From Perna viridis (taxonomy: Eukaryota), in contig CM074518.1 in assembly GCA_037379345.1 (NCBI GenBank), positions 38,157,586-38,221,585 of the forward strand: a stretch of DNA of 64,000 bases, in the 5' to 3' direction. The notes beneath the pieces were generated by a model. The model was not told where the DNA came from. It was given only the letters and a program-made list of their open reading frames with translations, and made no database searches. The position numbers and the translations under genes are program-made. Numbering within the stretch: the first letter of the stretch is position 1; every line of letters begins with the position of its first letter. Below, piece by piece: positions 40,604 through 53,000 of this stretch.

Positions 40604-43600
40604 AGCAAATCGATAAAGACCAAATATTAAGCATTGGTAACGGGGGGCCGGGTAGTGGCTTTTAATGGCCTCCCGCCGAACTGATGGATCGCGTGGTCGG
40701 CAAACCGTGCACAATACATGGAATATAATAATAACATATTATAACATTTTTTTTTAATTGACAACGCAGGATTCTTTTCCTAATAATTCAAAGCGCATTC
40801 CTTAGCATAGACAGCAAGATAATCGTATTAATTGTCATGCCGTCTTAAAGTACATTGTTCATTTTTTATTGTTTCCCCTCTGACAACGTCCAATAATGTC
40901 GATAGACGAGTTTACTATGTGTTAACCTGAAATATATTGATTTAAGGCACACCTGCAATCTAAAAATAAAATTTATTTCGAAAATTTACCAAGGATGCTT
41001 CTATATGAATAGGGTACCCTCCTTTTCAACTTGAGACTCGACCTATAAATAGATACATGTAGCTAGAAGAGTAATTTCCTAAAGTACATGATACTGAGGG
41101 TCATATGGCTATATATGGAGTAGTTGGTCACACACACCCCCCATTTTATTTGTATGGACTGAAGCAAACCAGACATCTATGGATTTTTTCAGCAGCAACT
41201 AACTGGTTCATACATGTATACTGCAACTTGATCTGACTTGCTAGCCTATATTATACTTTTTATATGTATATAGTGTGTGTGGATCATTCCTGTGGAAGAA
41301 AAATGAAAACACACTTCTTGCATTGTGAAGTTACATTCTCAATTTGAAAATGAGGTAAACAAATTAAAATCTTGAAGGGGAAGGCCACCTTTGTATTAAG
41401 TTCGGCTCTTATGATAAATCATACCCACGTAAACAAAAATAAATAACCTTTAATGGAAAATACACTTTTATAAAATGCTCAAAGCAATGTAAAGTTCGAA
41501 ATCTTTGAAATATATGTAAATAGCCATCTTGCAGAGCTCTCCTTTCTGAAGGAAGATCATAAGCAGACTATATTGATTTTAACCGAAAGCTTCCAATTGG
41601 CTGGTGACGTCACAAAGTCGGTTTGGTACTGATACAAGTACTGCGAATGTAATATGTAAACACACAATATTCTGTAAATATTTCTACGATCCTGTTTATC
41701 TAATCACCAAAACATGTTGTCTTGTCAACATTACAATTGCAGGAATGAAAAAAAGAGAATATTCTATAAGTTTTTGATCGGCAACATGAACATTTTTTGG
41801 AAGTAGATTGTCCTATGACATACTAATCTTCTGGCAGCAAATCCCGGTTTTCGTCAGTGTTGTCTGACATTTACTTACATGTTGTGCCTCAATCTCTTCT
41901 TCTATTTATTTTGGGTTGAAATTATAGGGGAAAAGTCCCAAATTTGAGATTTCTTCGGACATCATAATCCATTACCTATTTACTTTCCCTTTACAAACCG
42001 ACTTCCTGACGTCACAACTCAACCGATCATGGTGGTGTCCATAGATGCGGGAAATTCAAATTGCCTAATATTAAATAGCAATTAATTATAAAAAGGAAAT
42101 AATTTTGTTTCAATTTAATTTTCATGAACATTTAAAAGACTAGTTTCAATATTTATGACTTGCACAGTAACATGGTCTTCTCCTTAAAAAAGTATAATAT
42201 CGAAACATAACAAAGTTTCTCCTTACATCATTATCACCTTTCACATATATCAAGATCATAGCTTCACCCATACCAGTGATGGCCTTTAAAAAAAATGTGT
42301 GTAACTGCTAATTCTGTCGACCCTAAATGTTTTAGCCTTTATTGATGAGCATTATTATAGCATAGGAGAGCATTATTTGCCTCTCAAAATTATACCTAGC
42401 CACTGAGAATCTCACTTGAACCCAGTGCCAAACCAAATTAATCCTTTAGCCAGATCCATTAAATGGCTATTTAAATCGGCTACCTACTACAACAAAAAAG
42501 CCAGAATGTATTTCCAACACTAGCCAGGAAACTTTTGGAAAAAGAAAGTTTCGTCTACCCACCAACCATCAAAAATTTTGTAGAGCATGTTTGGGAAACA
42601 TACTTTTTTCTTGGCCTTACCTCTGTCTCTCTACCAACAGTATGTTTTCTAGGATATTAAATACATCTGCATTGAAAAACTTCTCAATTCCTGCAAACTT
42701 ACACAATTTAATCATGTTTTCATGATTTTTGACCATTTGTCTTCCTAATTCAATTTTTCAGGTCAAATTTGTTCCCAAACCAGATTTTGTCAAAATGACC
42801 TAAAAAACTCGATTTCAAACCCCTAAATTTGTGTTTCAGTCTCATTTCTGTGTCAAACAGGTATGGGTACGTTTATAACAGGTAAATAATCTCCGATGAG
42901 CAACCAACTGTTCAGGGTTACCGATGATGATTAACAATTTGAAAATGAATCGTGATTGGATCTACCACTATTAATGATCAGCCAATACCACAATTAACTT
43001 GACAAATACTGTCTATTTAACAGATGTAGAACCATGTATGTAAAAAAATTATAAAATTACCATTGTTTATACTGAATCAGTTACCTCCCCTGCAGTCTTC
43101 AATTCTTTTTTAATATTTCCTGTAATTTCAACAGTACTGTATGTCAGAACTAGAGATAGTAGCCAAAGACTCGCTATTTTTTGGCAGAGCTGGCTAATTT
43201 TAACAAAAATTTATATAGCCATGTGATATATTAAATATATTGAAATATTGTATTCAGTACTGACTAGAATTTGAGGGAGTTTCCTACCCTGCAGTATATT
43301 TCCTGAAAAGTTTTATTTGCAAAAGTTAGAGTGATAATTTTGGAAATTTGGTAGCATCATTCTTGAATATTTGTTACATTTCCTCATGTACTGAACCTCA
43401 TGTTATTCATTTGAAGAAGGTGTTGCTCAAATGTCCATGATTTTTTGCATCTTTCTGTCTCATGAACTAAACCCCTTTAGCATGCACGGGGAAATGGGTC
43501 TGTTGCCTTAAAATGGTCTTCTTGGCGATTTCTTGTCATTTTTCACCAGAGTTGGTGTTCACCAGGGGTAAGACAATATCGAAAGTGCAATTTTTCCAAA

Positions 43601-46529
43601 GTTTGTTCCCTCTGATGGTCATTTAAGCCAAAAATTGTTCATTACAGTCGTAAGTCGAAGGTCACGGGACCCCAGAGGGGTTACTCCCAAGAAAAGTATG
43701 AGGATTTTTTGCAACTTTAGGATTACATGGGCCTAAATCCGGAAGTGGTTAGTATATTGGGTTGAAAATGTTGGAGTGGTGAGAGACATCAGTGTTCTAT
43801 AGAAACTAGGTGAAATGAAGTACTATGGGTCCATTCTGCTGTTGTTAGAGGCCGAGAATTTAGCCTTACTCCTAAAAAATCACAACTTTTTGTGGGCCAC
43901 TTAACTTGTGACCTCTTGTGACAAACATCAATATATTACAGTGCATGCACATGTTGCTCAAATGAAAAAGGCTCCTCAATACTATATTCTTTGTCTCATT
44001 CATACATTACTTCAGTATAACCCATGCAGTTTACAAAATGTGTCCTGAAAATGTTCGTTCACGCGTTGTCCCACCTAAAAAACCCTAAGGAGTTATATAA
44101 GTTGGCAGGTATGCTCCTCGCACATTATATACAGTCAACTCCAGCAAATTGGATATAAAAATTGTCAACGGAAAATATTCCTATGTCTGATATTATCAAT
44201 TGGTTGATGGACACCTTTTTTCAGCTTTTTTTTTTTATTGAGGAAGGGTATATCTTTTTTTGCAATATATTCATTTGTATACTGTACAGGTATAGACAGA
44301 TACCTGTACAGCAACAAATATCTCAGTTTTGCAGTGAGTATTTTGATCAAAACTCACATTTAGGTCACCTGTTATTCATAAGATTACTTACCTGTTAATT
44401 ACCTGAACAAATACAATTTCAGCTATGAAATTTACCCTTTTCTTGGAAATGAAAATTTCAAAATTTCCAAAGTTCTCGGAAATGGGAGGTCTCTCCAATT
44501 ATGATGATTAAAGGCAAATTTAAAGTTAAGGTCATCATAATTGACAGCTTTTCAAAGTTCTAAGCTGTACTAAGTTTAGGCAAAAATATATACGTTCATG
44601 TGTGTTTCTGGTTGCCAAGGCAAAAAAATGCAGGTTGGTAGGTCAGAATTTTGTTGATATTGGTCAATGGTTATGGCTCAATCAGCTTCACTTGATTCAG
44701 GTACTCCATAATGAAAGATACACTACATAACTGGTTGAATAGACTTCTTTAAAGTTAACTACAGTACACTCATGCTTGCTCTTCAAATTGGGGTATAGTA
44801 GAATGACAATCCGAATCGTACATGGAACAGTTGGGATCAGGATCAGAACAGAAATGATTTTTTTTCCAGGAATTTAAAGGAAATAAATCCATGTCAGGAG
44901 TTCCGAGTCCAGGTCAAATGTCATTCCTTGTTTTACATTTATTACATGTTGAAATAGGATAAATGATGGGAAAGAGTGAACAACCAAAACATGGTTGCGA
45001 GTGTTGCAGAATGCACTGACTTGACAAGTGATGCAGAGTTAAATCTTTTATTGTTCTTGGTACAAGATCACAAGTTACAATATTTTTGTTTTTCATGATT
45101 ACCAATTGATAATCCTATTTATTATCAAGATTTTATCCTAAATCTGATAATATTTTTAACATTTAATTTTAGAATTTTGATAGTGCTGATTGATATGCCT
45201 GGTGTGACATTTTGGCATGACAAATTTTGAGAGTGAAATTACAGGATTTATTTCACAGTGAATAATTGAAATTTATTACATTGTGAGCATTTGATAAATC
45301 ACAGCTGTCAATATAATAATACAATGCCTCTTAAAAATATCACTAGCATTCAAATAGTTACAATAATGTATTAGAAATAAATTTCAAATCGACACATTAA
45401 GTTTACGAATTCACTTTTTCATCCAACCACAAATATTGTAGTAGTACTTGATAGTATGCTACTTGTATGGTGCTATTGTCGCTGCAAATTTTTTCATTTC
45501 TGTGCAATAACTTCAGTTGTGGTCGACTGAATGTCATGAAATTTTGATATATTCAGGGGTTTCATTAATTTTTTAGGCAGGAGGTACTTTACAGAAAGGG
45601 TCTGGGAACCACTTAAGGCCCCCAGTGGGTCCAGGGTGGGGAAGCCCCCCCCCCTATTATTATCTATAGCAGTGTTGAATCTCCGATCCAATATTTTTTT
45701 TATATTCTTGTGAGCAAAGTTCAGACATGTTCTTTTCAAACTTAGGGTTGCCAGAACATTTTTACTTCAACTCCCCCTCCCCGCCGCGTCGAATGGTCGT
45801 CCCTTAAATCATATTCTGTAAAAGTTTGTTTCATGTATTGACTCGTTGTCAACACTAAAAATTCCTGCACTCGTCTGCACAAATCACGACAAATATCAGA
45901 AAAATGACAGGTATGGAGCAATTCCAAATATGAACAGCTTTTTTTTAACACGTTTTCATACAATCTTCACCTGTTTAACTTTTTGTTCTGCACAAAATAA
46001 TTGGTGATTGTTAAGTCACCACATTTTCTATAAATTGACACTACATTAAATCGTCATAGGTGAAAGCGCTTTACTGATTAGATTCTGACATGGACCTTGA
46101 GGACGACACCAATTATATAAACAATAATAAACACTAAAGATCATGATTTTGGAGACATACATGTAACCTGCAGACGAACGATCTTAGATATCTATTTACT
46201 AGATTTTTCCTCATGATTTTTTTTGCTTTTATTTTTTTCTGCCGGTACCAGACGCTGACGTAGCCGGGTAAAAGTACCAGATACCGGCTCTTAATGAAAG
46301 CACTCTATATTGGTGAAAGTTTGATATTTGGAGTTGGATCAATAGTTCCTACAGTACTGAAAAAAGGGGTAAAACGAGTGCTTATTTTAATTTGATGTAG
46401 AAAGATTTATGATGCTATTTTTAATCAATTTTAAATTCTGCAACAGCCCTTTTATGAATAAAGAACACCAGCAGATTATTGAAGAGATTTCTTAATTCTT
46501 TCAGGTACAGAGAAACAAGACCAATCAAG

Positions 46530-46655
46530 ATGAATTATCAGAAAGTTTATATGAACCAGATTCACTCGAGTTCGTTACTATGTCAGCTAGCTCAGATGTG
46601 GAGAAGTCAATTAGTATGTGATGCTTACATCAGGACTGGAAATGTTACTACAAAG
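46530..46655 (+). CDS. Gene B first coding exon, BTB/POZ N-terminus
   Basis: MNYQKVYMNQIHSSSLLCQLAQMWRSQLVCDAYIRTGNVTTK; acceptor ttctttcag| at 46504; donor AAG|GTAAAA, phase 0. Confidence 0.92.
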
Positions 46656-47662
46656 GTAAAATACTGGGAAAAGTTAGTAGTGTTAGGAAAGGGTTCAGCT
46701 TTTACAAATTCCTGCCAAAAAAAAAAAATCATATTCTAGTGCAATAGATTAGTAAATGAGTTTCAAATGTATTATCATGAAATATTGTGTACTTGAACAC
46801 AGAATACAGACATGATTTATTCCCGCTTTTTAGTGAAAATCCGCTATTTCAAATCTGGATTTTACTGTAACAATTCTTTTTTTAACTATGTTTACTTCTG
46901 ATTTTGCCAATTTCCTCTTTGTAGACCTCTTAAAATCATGCTTGAGAATAACATGGGAGATAGTGAAATTTCACAGTATTTTTCCCAATTCTGGTGTTGC
47001 AAGCCAGTTTCACAATGCACAATGAATGTATAAGGAATAATGCCATGAATTTAAGATTTAGAGCTTGTTTTCCAAAAAGTTGACCTAGAAGTCAGAAGAC
47101 TGGTAAAGTTTCTGCTTCCTTCATGTGTCCTGTGCAGAAAATATGTTTCATCCTTACATTCAAGAAGATAATAGATTGGCCAAAAATACTGTAGCATCAG
47201 TAATGGGACAATTAAGAGGAATCATATTCCAAGTACATGGCCTGAATGTGAGATCAAGAAAGAATCAATTATACCTATACAATGTAGCCATCCAAATAAA
47301 CTACATATTAATACTGAAGATAAGGACAACATGATGTTATGCCAAAAACAAAAGCACTAGCATTGTGAACCCCATAAAAAAAACTGGAGTGACATCAGGT
47401 GCTCTGGAAGGGTAAGAATTGTCCTGCTCCACCAGTAACACCTGTCACATTGCATGCGAGTATAATCTGGTAGTAGTCAGTATTATGAAGGATGTTATTC
47501 AGGGAATAATGTTATTAACTATTGTCTGTATAGTAGATAGGTCTTGGGTATTTAATTTTACTTAAATTCAGTTTACTTCACATTTAAAAAGGTCAAATAG
47601 AGGTGGTTTATCGTAACCAAGAATAAATAATTCTATAACACTTGTAAATGCTTACTTTACAG

Positions 47663-48879
47663 GCCCATAGAGTTGTATTACTGGCAGCATGTCCTATGTT
47701 ACAGTCCATGGAGAAGGCATCAACTGGTTCCCATCTTGAAGTCCGACTGACAGCTGACATTAAACAAGAATCAGTCAATATGTTCTTACAGTATTTATAT
47801 GAGGGCTTTATGTTATTGACAGAAGACAATTGTAAAGAAGTGGAAAAGGTGGCAAGATTATTACAAGTAGACAGTGTTATCAAATGTTGTGCAGACTTTT
47901 ACAAATGCTTAGAAGCCAAAACAGGAAATAATGCATATTCTGCATCTAAATACAAATACACATCATATGATCATTTAGAATTCCGTCATGTAAGAGCAAC
48001 AGACCTACAAAAAACTGTGCAAGACCGTTTAATGAAAAGAGCCTCAGAGATGGGCAGACCATCAAGTCCCACAAGTAAAAAACAGAGGTTATACAGATCA
48101 TCTTCACCACCAACAGAGTTGTCACAAAGCACATTGAGTCAGCGAGCTGATGACACATTTTCTATGTCACATAGTTATGGATCTGGGTCACAGGAACAGT
48201 GGGAACGAGTACCTAGACCAGGAAATCGTGCTCAGAAATTCCAACAACCAGCTGTCATAGATATTGTTGAGGATAGCATTGAATTAGTTCATGTAGATCC
48301 AGGTGATGGCCAACAGCCCCCTTCACAAAGGGGTGTATCTGTTTCTGTGGCCAGCCAGTTAGACACTGGTCCTCCGAATATTAGTGTTGTGAATGTTACA
48401 GCTGGTCCCCAGAAAACAAGTGCTCCATCATATTCATTGCCGTCATCACGCCAGTCATCAGTTAGTTCATCTCCATCAAAACCATCAGATCGATCAGTCA
48501 TTTCATTAACAGACCAACATGACCACAGTGCCTCAACAAGTAGACCACCACAATTAATATTAGCCCCAGGATTAACACCTCCACAGGAGACATCACAACA
48601 GAGGACCCCACAGCTACAGTTAGCTCCAGGCCATACATCACCACATGAGTCATTACAGCAGCGACCTTCACAATTCCCATTCTCAGATCGATTAGGTTCA
48701 ATAAAACCGTTTGCAGCTGGAAGTGCACGACAAGTCGGTCCTCCATCAATGTCTAGTCTTCATAGTGGTCCTCCGTCATCAGGTTCCCCTTCAACAGTCA
48801 GACCAGATAGATCTCCCTCATTGAGTGGGAGGAGTGATAGTTTGGACAGACCTCCTAGTGTGGAGGCTAATAAAGATAG
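47663..48879 (+). CDS. Gene B constant exon: BTB/POZ C-terminal part and Ser/Pro-rich linker
   Basis: Acceptor ctttacag|GCC CAT (AHRVVLLAAC...FLQYLYEG...VARLLQVDSVIKCC); donor AG|GTAAGT, phase 2. Confidence 0.92.
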
Positions 48880-49390
48880 GTAAGTTATCAGAATATAGCC
48901 TTTTGTTTCTTCATTGTATTTTCAGGATCTCAGGATTTTCTTTCATGCAATAAAATCTGTTTCGGCTTGCCAAATTGTTTACAATTTTGTTAATGCAATT
49001 ACTTTCATCTTGCTATTCTTAATACTTTTTATAGCAATTAATTTATTCCATTTTTAGGATGGATGCATATTGTCTTTCTAAATTTATCAAATTGGCAAGA
49101 CAAATTCTGGAAGAGATTGAGAAAGTGAAATGCTAAAATAGAAATTTTCATTGCATTATGTTTAGTCGATATGGATTACCAACCAGTCAATGGGAAAGAT
49201 CCCAGTGTCATTCTAAATTGTTTCATCTTTCATGTACATGTATTGAAATATTATAGGTCATAAACTTTGTTGAAAATCTATCTACCTTACCTGAATGTTT
49301 TTGTTTTTGTTTTTTTTCATTTCTACTTGAGCATGGAATAGACAATCATTTTTAATATAGGGCTAATTTTAAACAATATTCCATTTACAG

Positions 49391-49740
49391 CACTAAGAAC
49401 AAAGGTGAAGATTCATCAACAGCGAGTTCATCAGATCTAATGGCAGACATAACAATTGTTAAAGTAGAGACTACAAGTAGTGACGATGTTCCGACCAAAA
49501 GTCAGCAAGCAGCTGACACGGGACAGTTATCTGGGACTGCTACCGGTGGTTTAGACATGCATGTAGATATACCTGATGATGGACGGACAATGACAATGAC
49601 AATTCAAAGGGACGATGGTACTGGACAGGAAGGAGACAGTGATATCGAGGAACTGGAAGCGACGGGAGATTGGACACACGATGATAATGATGATAGCAGC
49701 ATAAGTAACGATCCCAATAATCCACTAGGTGGCTTTAGAG
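49391..49740 (+). CDS. Gene B last constant exon (acidic linker); ends at the shared phase-1 donor
   Basis: Acceptor ccatttacag|C (phase 2), donor AGA G|GTAGGC (phase 1); homologous to 19943-20223. Confidence 0.87.
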
Positions 49741-49965
49741 GTAGGCTTCCTTTCTTTATTTCATTTCTTTAATCAAAAGATTTTGGCGCATTTTTGTCAG
49801 CTTGCTAAACTTGTGCACTTCTGTTTAAACATATAATACCTCGGGGGGTTTTTTTTTGTTTGTTTGTTATTGGTACATTTATGTACATGTATAAATCCAT
49901 GTTAGTTAAAAAAAAAATCTATCATATGTCTGTGTGATTGTATTGGTTTATATTCTTTAAAATGA

Positions 49966-50002
49966 TTGATTGATTGATTGTTGGGGTTTAACGTCCGAGC
50001 AG
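49966..50002 (-). mobile_element. Severely 5'-truncated SINE/LINE tail insertion
   Basis: (TTGA)n-ttggggtttaacgtc stub matching the end of the 56986 element; TSD ttctttaaaatga at 49953 and 50003. Confidence 0.7.
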
Positions 50003-53000
50003 TTCTTTAAAATGACATGATGTACAAATTTTAAATTTGTAAAACAGATTGGTATATCTTTTCTAGTGTACTGTATTGTATATACACCTAAAATTTTATA
50101 AAGTTCATGTACATACACATGTAAAATATATGTTTTTTAATAGATGTGCACAAGTTGGAGGTAGTAAGTTGATGAGGGTCCCTTTGTTTGGAAGTAGTAT
50201 TTTAAATCTAAATATGAACTTCTTTGAGACACCCCATGTTATTGTGGGTGATGTCTGGACAAATAGGGATATCCAAGAAAGAGATTTCCATTGACCAATT
50301 TTGCATGGCACTGTACCATGCTGCCTTCATCATGAATTTAACTATATGCCCCCAATACGCCAAATCCAGCTTTCAGTTGTAGGTTTTTTTATCACATTTG
50401 CCATTTGATATACATTCCTATAGTGTTGGCATCCATTTATGATACTTTTACATCTCACTAAGGTGAAAGCTGTTATAGGTTGTAGAAAATAAATTGCTCT
50501 CATGCATAGGTGGGGTGCCCCCCAATATAACCTTTTGTAATGGCTTAGTGCCCTCAAAATAAATAAAGCACCATGCCTTCACATATTTCTAGGGAAGTAA
50601 TTTCTAGAACACCTGTTCTGTTTCTGCATTGTAAGTTCAAAAAATCTCTTCTGAACTGCCTATCTTTCCTTACATTTATAGAATATCCCTACTATTGACT
50701 GTCCTGTGACTCAATATCTGACAGAACCTTTAGCTTCAGCTGCTTCATATTTAAAACTACAAGCCCAAAACGATCATTTCGTCAAATTCTCCAAAAGACT
50801 AAGCTATTCGAAGTGAACAAAATTCCAGATATGTACTTTCATGTAGAATGTAAATTGTGTACCTCCCTATTACTATGCGAGTACAACTTTGTTATACACA
50901 GAGTTCTTAGCTTACAATTTTCGTTACTTAAAGTTTACCTAGATCCTGAAAATTTGAAATGAAATCTACATGTAGCTATATGCATTCCCTGTAACATATT
51001 TCCAAGATACATGTATTTATAAGAGATGTTTGGCTTGTGGATAATGCTTTTTACAAGCCTAGTCAGGGTCAACTAGAATGATACATGCATTTACATGTTA
51101 AGAAATTGACATTTTTGGAGTGGAAACTTAACATGCTGTCAATGCATATACTTGTACCATTATTCTAGGAGGATGTCACAAATGATATTTCGGGGTGGAA
51201 TTGTAATCCATATTTGTACAGTTTAGGGAGTTACATGTATACATCTAGTTTTGAACATTCTGCAGCTAGACAAAAAAGACTTCTGATTCAATGGTTTCTA
51301 AAAAATAAGAGTAAATATTAATCTCTTCTCCCATCATCAGTCTGAGCCAAAATCTTCTGATTCTGCATTGAAATGTGTAAGAATGAATGAACTAATATTC
51401 AACATTAGTGTTCTTGATTATCACAGAACTGTTGAGGGTTATAATCATAATATAATTTGCCAACAACATGTACATTGTAAAGTGTATTAACCTTTACAAG
51501 TTCTGTATACATGCACATTTAGGCACTGGATTTTTTTAAAAAGTACACATGATTTTTTGATAGCCTTGTGGCAGTTTAAACAAAATCATGCTAAGTCTTC
51601 AAAGTCAACAAAATTCTTTTTTTTTTTTTTTGCTTTTAAAAAACTTTCTGATCAACTAAGTACATGTATTAATTTGTTTGAGAATGTGTTTTGATACCCT
51701 CCTGTAGTTATGCGATATCTATCCAACATATCATATTTGATCTAAGTATCAGAAGGCACTGTAAAGGAGTATTTTGGCATGTGTCAAGTTTGAAAGCTTT
51801 CCTTGGTTTTACTATCATGAGTAGCTTTAACTATACTATATCAGGTATTGATGCATTTAGTCTTTTACAGTGAATTATATGCTGGTGTATAACCAGGTAA
51901 AATGCCAACATTTCCAATATACAGTTCCAATGTACAATCATGATTTAAAAGTTATTTGTCTTTTTATGGCTCCCAAAACCATCATTCTTATTCAGTGTGT
52001 TTAATCTACATGTACATTCATTCTTTCACTGTTGATTTATCACTATGAAAAAATTATTGTGTTTTATTTCACATGTATGTAATGAAGAGATGGCTTAGAA
52101 CTTGTTTTATGTGTAATTAACATAACAAGGCAAAAATCTCGTGATTCTTGGAAGAGAAATTTGAAGATTTTTATCTTGTTGTTCATGTACTTGAATCTAC
52201 TTGTCTATAAACCATTAACTAAACAGACTACATGTATGTTTGGCTAAAAAATAAAGTCTTGTTTCCTGCCACCATCAAAAGAAAATAAGGTACTCTAGAT
52301 TCGTAAAGAAGTTAATTGGTTTTTTTTAAAAAACATTTTACAATGACTAAATGGGGAAACAATATAGACTAAACTTTAATGGTGCTTGAGCCAAAATGAC
52401 CATAACATGTTTAGGGTTGGTAGGGTAGCAGAAAACAGACCTATTATTCTTTTTGCCTGATAGAAGTGTGATTAATCACTACATTTGTGTAATGCTGAAT
52501 ATTTTCAATTCTAGGCAATTAGCTCACTGCTAAGTAAAATTATGTAGAAATGAAAGGTTATTTGAATTTCGAGCTACTTTAAGATAGTGCGTGTTTTGAA
52601 ACTCTGTTCTAGCATTCACAATGGCACTTTGACATGCATGTAGATCATGTTAAAATGAATTCAAACACTTACAAACCATTAAATAAATGTTTTCCATTGT
52701 TCATAACAGTAAATAAACATCAAGAGACAATGTGTCCAGTAAAAATTTTAGAAAAAAGGGATGATTATGAAACTAAAAATCCAATGCATCAACGTATACA
52801 TTGTACATGCACAAACATACACAACACACTGGTAGGGAATTTCAGATAGAGGCACAGTTCTTAAAGATTAAAGAAAAGAGGTAAGAAAAGGACATACAAG
52901 AATGCCCAAATCTTACACTGAGAGTTCAGTAGGGGACATCATTAAGAAAAAAACAACCATAAAATGAAGGAAATTTAAAAAGAAAAATTGCTTGCCAACA

